Assembly (NCBI RefSeq): GCF_022458985.1
Contig: NC_061776.1
Location: 8,386,591 to 8,450,590 of the forward strand
Source: Mugil cephalus
Taxonomy: Eukaryota
Direction of reading: 5' to 3'
Length of the DNA stretch: 64,000 bases
Part shown: piece by piece, positions 60,726 through 64,000 of the stretch
How the letters are laid out: each line of letters begins with the position of its first letter
Position numbering within the stretch: the first letter of the stretch is position 1
Program-made: the position numbers and the translations under genes
The notes under the pieces: model-generated
Told to the model about the DNA's origin: nothing
Seen by the model: the letters and a program-made list of their open reading frames with translations, nothing else
The model's database searches: none

Positions 60726-62319
60726 ACACGTTTTGTGAATTTGCGGAGGTTAAACCCCCGTCTTCCTGCTCACAGATAAATAACCACCGTTCTCTCTGTG
60801 TTCTCTCTAACTACACATTAATAGCCTGGAAACTTTCCAGACTCAAGCTTGTAAAAGGGAGTAAAAACTATTTGCATCTATTTCCCCTAATGACGAGGTT
60901 TGCTTTTTTTTTTTGTCTGTGCACGATCAGCCACAACATTAAAACCACTAAGAAGTTTTAGGAACAACTCAAAATACACAAAGAACAGCGCAAAGTGTTG
61001 ACCTAGGCCCACGTCCACTCTCTGATGCGTCACAATTATTTTGGACCTACGCAATCATCATGTTAACTTCTAAAATAAAGATTTTGATGAAATGCCCTTA
61101 TGTGTTTATGTGCTTAAAGTCAAATGTGAGCTAGCTAACCGTGTAACCAGTCTGCTAGCACTAATCCATCAGACCTGAAAGCTGCTGTCTTTTATATCAA
61201 CGCACAAACTAGCTAAAATAGCGTTAGCACTAACAATTTGAGCACAATGTAGTTCGTCTGCATCAGCTGATGTTATCAAATTTCTGAAATATCGCGACCA
61301 GCCCAGGTAGCGGGGGCCGCTTTCGTTGGTGCTTGCGCCCCCTGGTGGTAAGTATGGAAATATATAGCTACGGAGGCACACGTGTTTTTATGCGTATTTG
61401 TGGATCTTCCGCTTCTGAAAAGGACTCTAGCGCCGACGTTTAATTTCAACACTATTAAAATTGGGGTTTTGATGCAGGACAGAAAAAGAGATATGCTAAA
61501 TAACACCTTAATTATTATGGGCAAATATTTTATCCATATATGTAGATTTTCAAATGTCACAACACTGTTTATAATGTTTATGAATGAGTTGATTAATTTT
61601 TAAAAAAAAAAACTTTGAAACATAAAAACGAAACAAGCCTTATGTTTACAATATTGTAAACATAATTAACATAATTAAGCTATTTAGCTTAATTACATTG
61701 ATTCCTGATTAAGTGACTTTTTTTAAATTAGTTTTTTATATTAATTTCTATTGTGTTTTGATGATAGTGTTGTTTTCATATATTTACATGTTTTGCTTGG
61801 TCTAATATGCTACATTTTGTCTGGAATATGAGATCTGATTGACACAGACTTTGTAATGCCGGGATTTGTCAATAAAGTTAATTTAAAAAGTAAAAAAAAC
61901 AAACAGACAAAAAAGTAAAAAACGTGTAAGAAGATGCCCAGTCTAGAGGTTGGAAAAATCAGTGTACGTATTTGCAAATTTATTTTACATTTGTGTATCG
62001 AAATACACATTTGCAAATACTTTGGCTACATTAATGGCCCCATCATAATTTACACATTAGTAAAAGGTGAGGATTACGTAAACAAATATATGTGTGACGT
62101 TCATGAAATAAAAAATAAAATTATGTTAAAACAAAAAAAAAATACTCATAAGCATTCATCACATTTTAATATTTTATTGCAATTTATTCCTTTACAGTCA
62201 AACTTAAACTGAATAGTATATAAAAAAAATGACACCGACATACAGACACACAATGTCAAACGAACTGATGCTAAAAACATTTTTACTGTAGCTGAAATAT
62301 TTGTCCTCGCGTTAAGACA

Positions 62320-62789
62320 ATGTCCGTCGAGATGTCGTCTCTGAGAACATTAGCGCTCTGCGTCGCTGTCTTCTCTCTATCCCGAAGACGACGACGCGGT
62401 AAAAAACACAAACCTGCTGTTACAGTGACTCCGGACAAAAAAGAAAAAAAAAAGAAAAAAGAAAAACACAACTAACAAAAGAAAGAGAAACTTCTTTAGG
62501 GACAATGTGACGATAGAGTGTGTGTGTGTGTGTATCATGCTTGTGTTTGTGTGTGTGTGCTCACATTTTCTTTTCTATCTACAACATGAGTGTTAAAACA
62601 GGAGTCCGAGTTCCTACGGGGGAAGCTGCGAGTGCGTCCGAGTGCCTACGAGTCGTCGTCACCGTTGACGCTGTCGCCGTCGTCGTCTCCTTCTACGTGT
62701 TCGCCTTCCTCCTCCTCCTCCTCTTCCTCCTCATCCCTCTCTTGGCTCTTCACCTGTTTGTGGGAGGAAACAAATCGTCAGGTAAGATC
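62320..62789 (+). CDS. Candidate 5' coding exons of a further + strand gene. The first is ATG 62320 MSVEMSSLRTLALCVAVFSLSRRRR ending at a gtaaaa donor. A second GC3-rich exon ends at tcag|gtaaga (62789) and encodes a TM-like segment VAVVVSFYVFAFLLLLLFLLIPLLALHLFV.
   Basis: Open frames with GC3 bias and good donors. No homology recognised. Confidence 0.25.
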
Positions 62790-64000
62790 ATAACGGCTGC
62801 AGACGACTGATCTGAATCTTAAAGGATTCAGAAAAAATTATTTTATGAACAAATTCAACCAAACATCGCCCGAGTTGCTACGTTTCCATTTCCTCTAGAA
62901 AAGCGCAAAACTTAAATATCGCAATAAAAAAAAATAAAAAAAAAAGGGTAATGGAAAACACCTACATTTCTAAAAAGCTCTCTTTTTACTCTCTCATGAA
63001 GTGGTTTTCCAGATGTATCGATATAAAAGTTTATTATGCAATGGAAATGGCATTTCACTCGTCACTGGGCGTCTCAGTCATGTGACCATTTCATTTGAAA
63101 TCTTCAAAGTGAAGTCTCAACGAGGATTTAAGAGAATTGTGAGATATCGTGAGACTTCATGAGAGTTGCAGCTTATTCACAAAACACTTTTCAATGGAAA
63201 CACGTACAAAGCGCAATTGTACTTAATCGAAATTTCAGAAACATTGCTTTTATTTTACGAAAACATGTAAAAATGTGAGTCCTGGGTCACAATATAAAGA
63301 CCATCTACTTGACTGGTGTTGGGACAGGAAGAGGACCTTTGTCTCATCCATTCATAAAAACTATAAAGGAAAAGGCTCAAAATTAATGCATGAAAATTTG
63401 TATTTTGGAGAATAATTAATAGCCCACTTCCCACTGAAAGTGATGCTGCAGTTTTTAAAAAGGAAGGTGGGAGATGACGGTACGAGTAAATCTGCTGAAT
63501 CTAACAGACTAGAGTTAATACAGGTAAAAATATGATTATAATATATTTCTGTATTCACCGTCTAACTCTACATTGTAGTCACCGCTGAATATTGGCAACT
63601 TGGCTTTAAGTTTAGCCAGCGGAGTACTGCTCTTCTTAGTTTTATTTTTTACGGCAAATATTATAGACGAAAGTCCAAGTAAAAAATAAATAAAAAAATG
63701 GGACATATATTTTCCTTTTGGGATGAGATACATTCACTTTGGGACAGTTCAATTTGTATTTAGGGACGATTCTGGGACGGTGGCCCAAAAAGTCCAAAAA
63801 AAGTCCTCACGACACAGATCAATAAATAATAAATCAGCATGTGTGTCTAAGGCAAACACATTAAGCAGCACTGGTTCTTGGCTCCGAAACAGCAGCAGGT
63901 AAAATCCATTAGAGAAGTCAGCTGTGATTATTTGTGATTATTACCCAACGCTTGTGTAAAAAACCCAATTTCAGACATTTATGTTGCCAAAAACTGTAAT

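Noticed and set aside
4180-61260. Many scattered GCTAGC / GTTAGC / GCTAAC palindromic words (for example 4180-4260, 6600-6680, 7640-7680, 44440-44560, 56640-56700 and 61140-61260)
   Set aside because: Probably relics of a common teleost short repeat. No consistent longer unit could be defined by eye, so they are not reported as a family.

Overview
This is an AT-rich vertebrate genomic window, almost certainly teleost. The evidence is spliced genes with GT-AG introns, fish-type Tc1/LINE/SINE/MITE debris and many microsatellites. It is not prokaryotic, so there are no operons or CRISPR arrays.

The core of the window (about 0.8-43.6 kb, + strand) is a tandem pair of apolipoprotein-L (ApoL, Pfam PF05461-like) domain genes. 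Both have an unusual architecture. Gene A (about 801-5909, extending 5' beyond the window) ends in a single 958-bp ApoL exon, preceded by short symmetric micro-exons that alternate between basic KRHNPFM-type modules and acidic modules. Gene B (ATG at 14945 to stop at 43599) is a giant modular gene of about 1,600 codons. It has at least 44 consecutive phase-0/phase-0 micro-exons, each 27-105 nt. These encode alternating basic amphipathic modules (EKGGxFSGxFKKxPKPxE) and acidic Ser-rich modules (ELSxSSDSLSENNK). They are followed by a conserved LMDWWNTV linker exon, a split ApoL domain (40261-40675 and 42061 onward), and a 370-residue, extremely charged E/K/R/S/G-rich C-terminal tail. I read this repeat-array-to-ApoL-domain architecture directly from splice signals and translations. 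Any set of the symmetric exons can be skipped without breaking frame, giving a huge alternative-splicing space. This is the most interesting feature.

Downstream (54.5-59.2 kb, +) lies a compact seven-exon gene for a small secreted, heavily N-glycosylated DOMON-domain protein with a GPI-anchor-like C-terminus. The rest is transposon and repeat material: two Tc1-like dead transposases, several LINE reverse-transcriptase fragments, a MITE-like family with TTAACCTCCTGAGAC termini (at least 6 copies), a tRNA-derived SINE, a 58-bp minisatellite and a 700-bp CT-rich tract. Coordinates were hand-counted and may be off by 1-3 bp.
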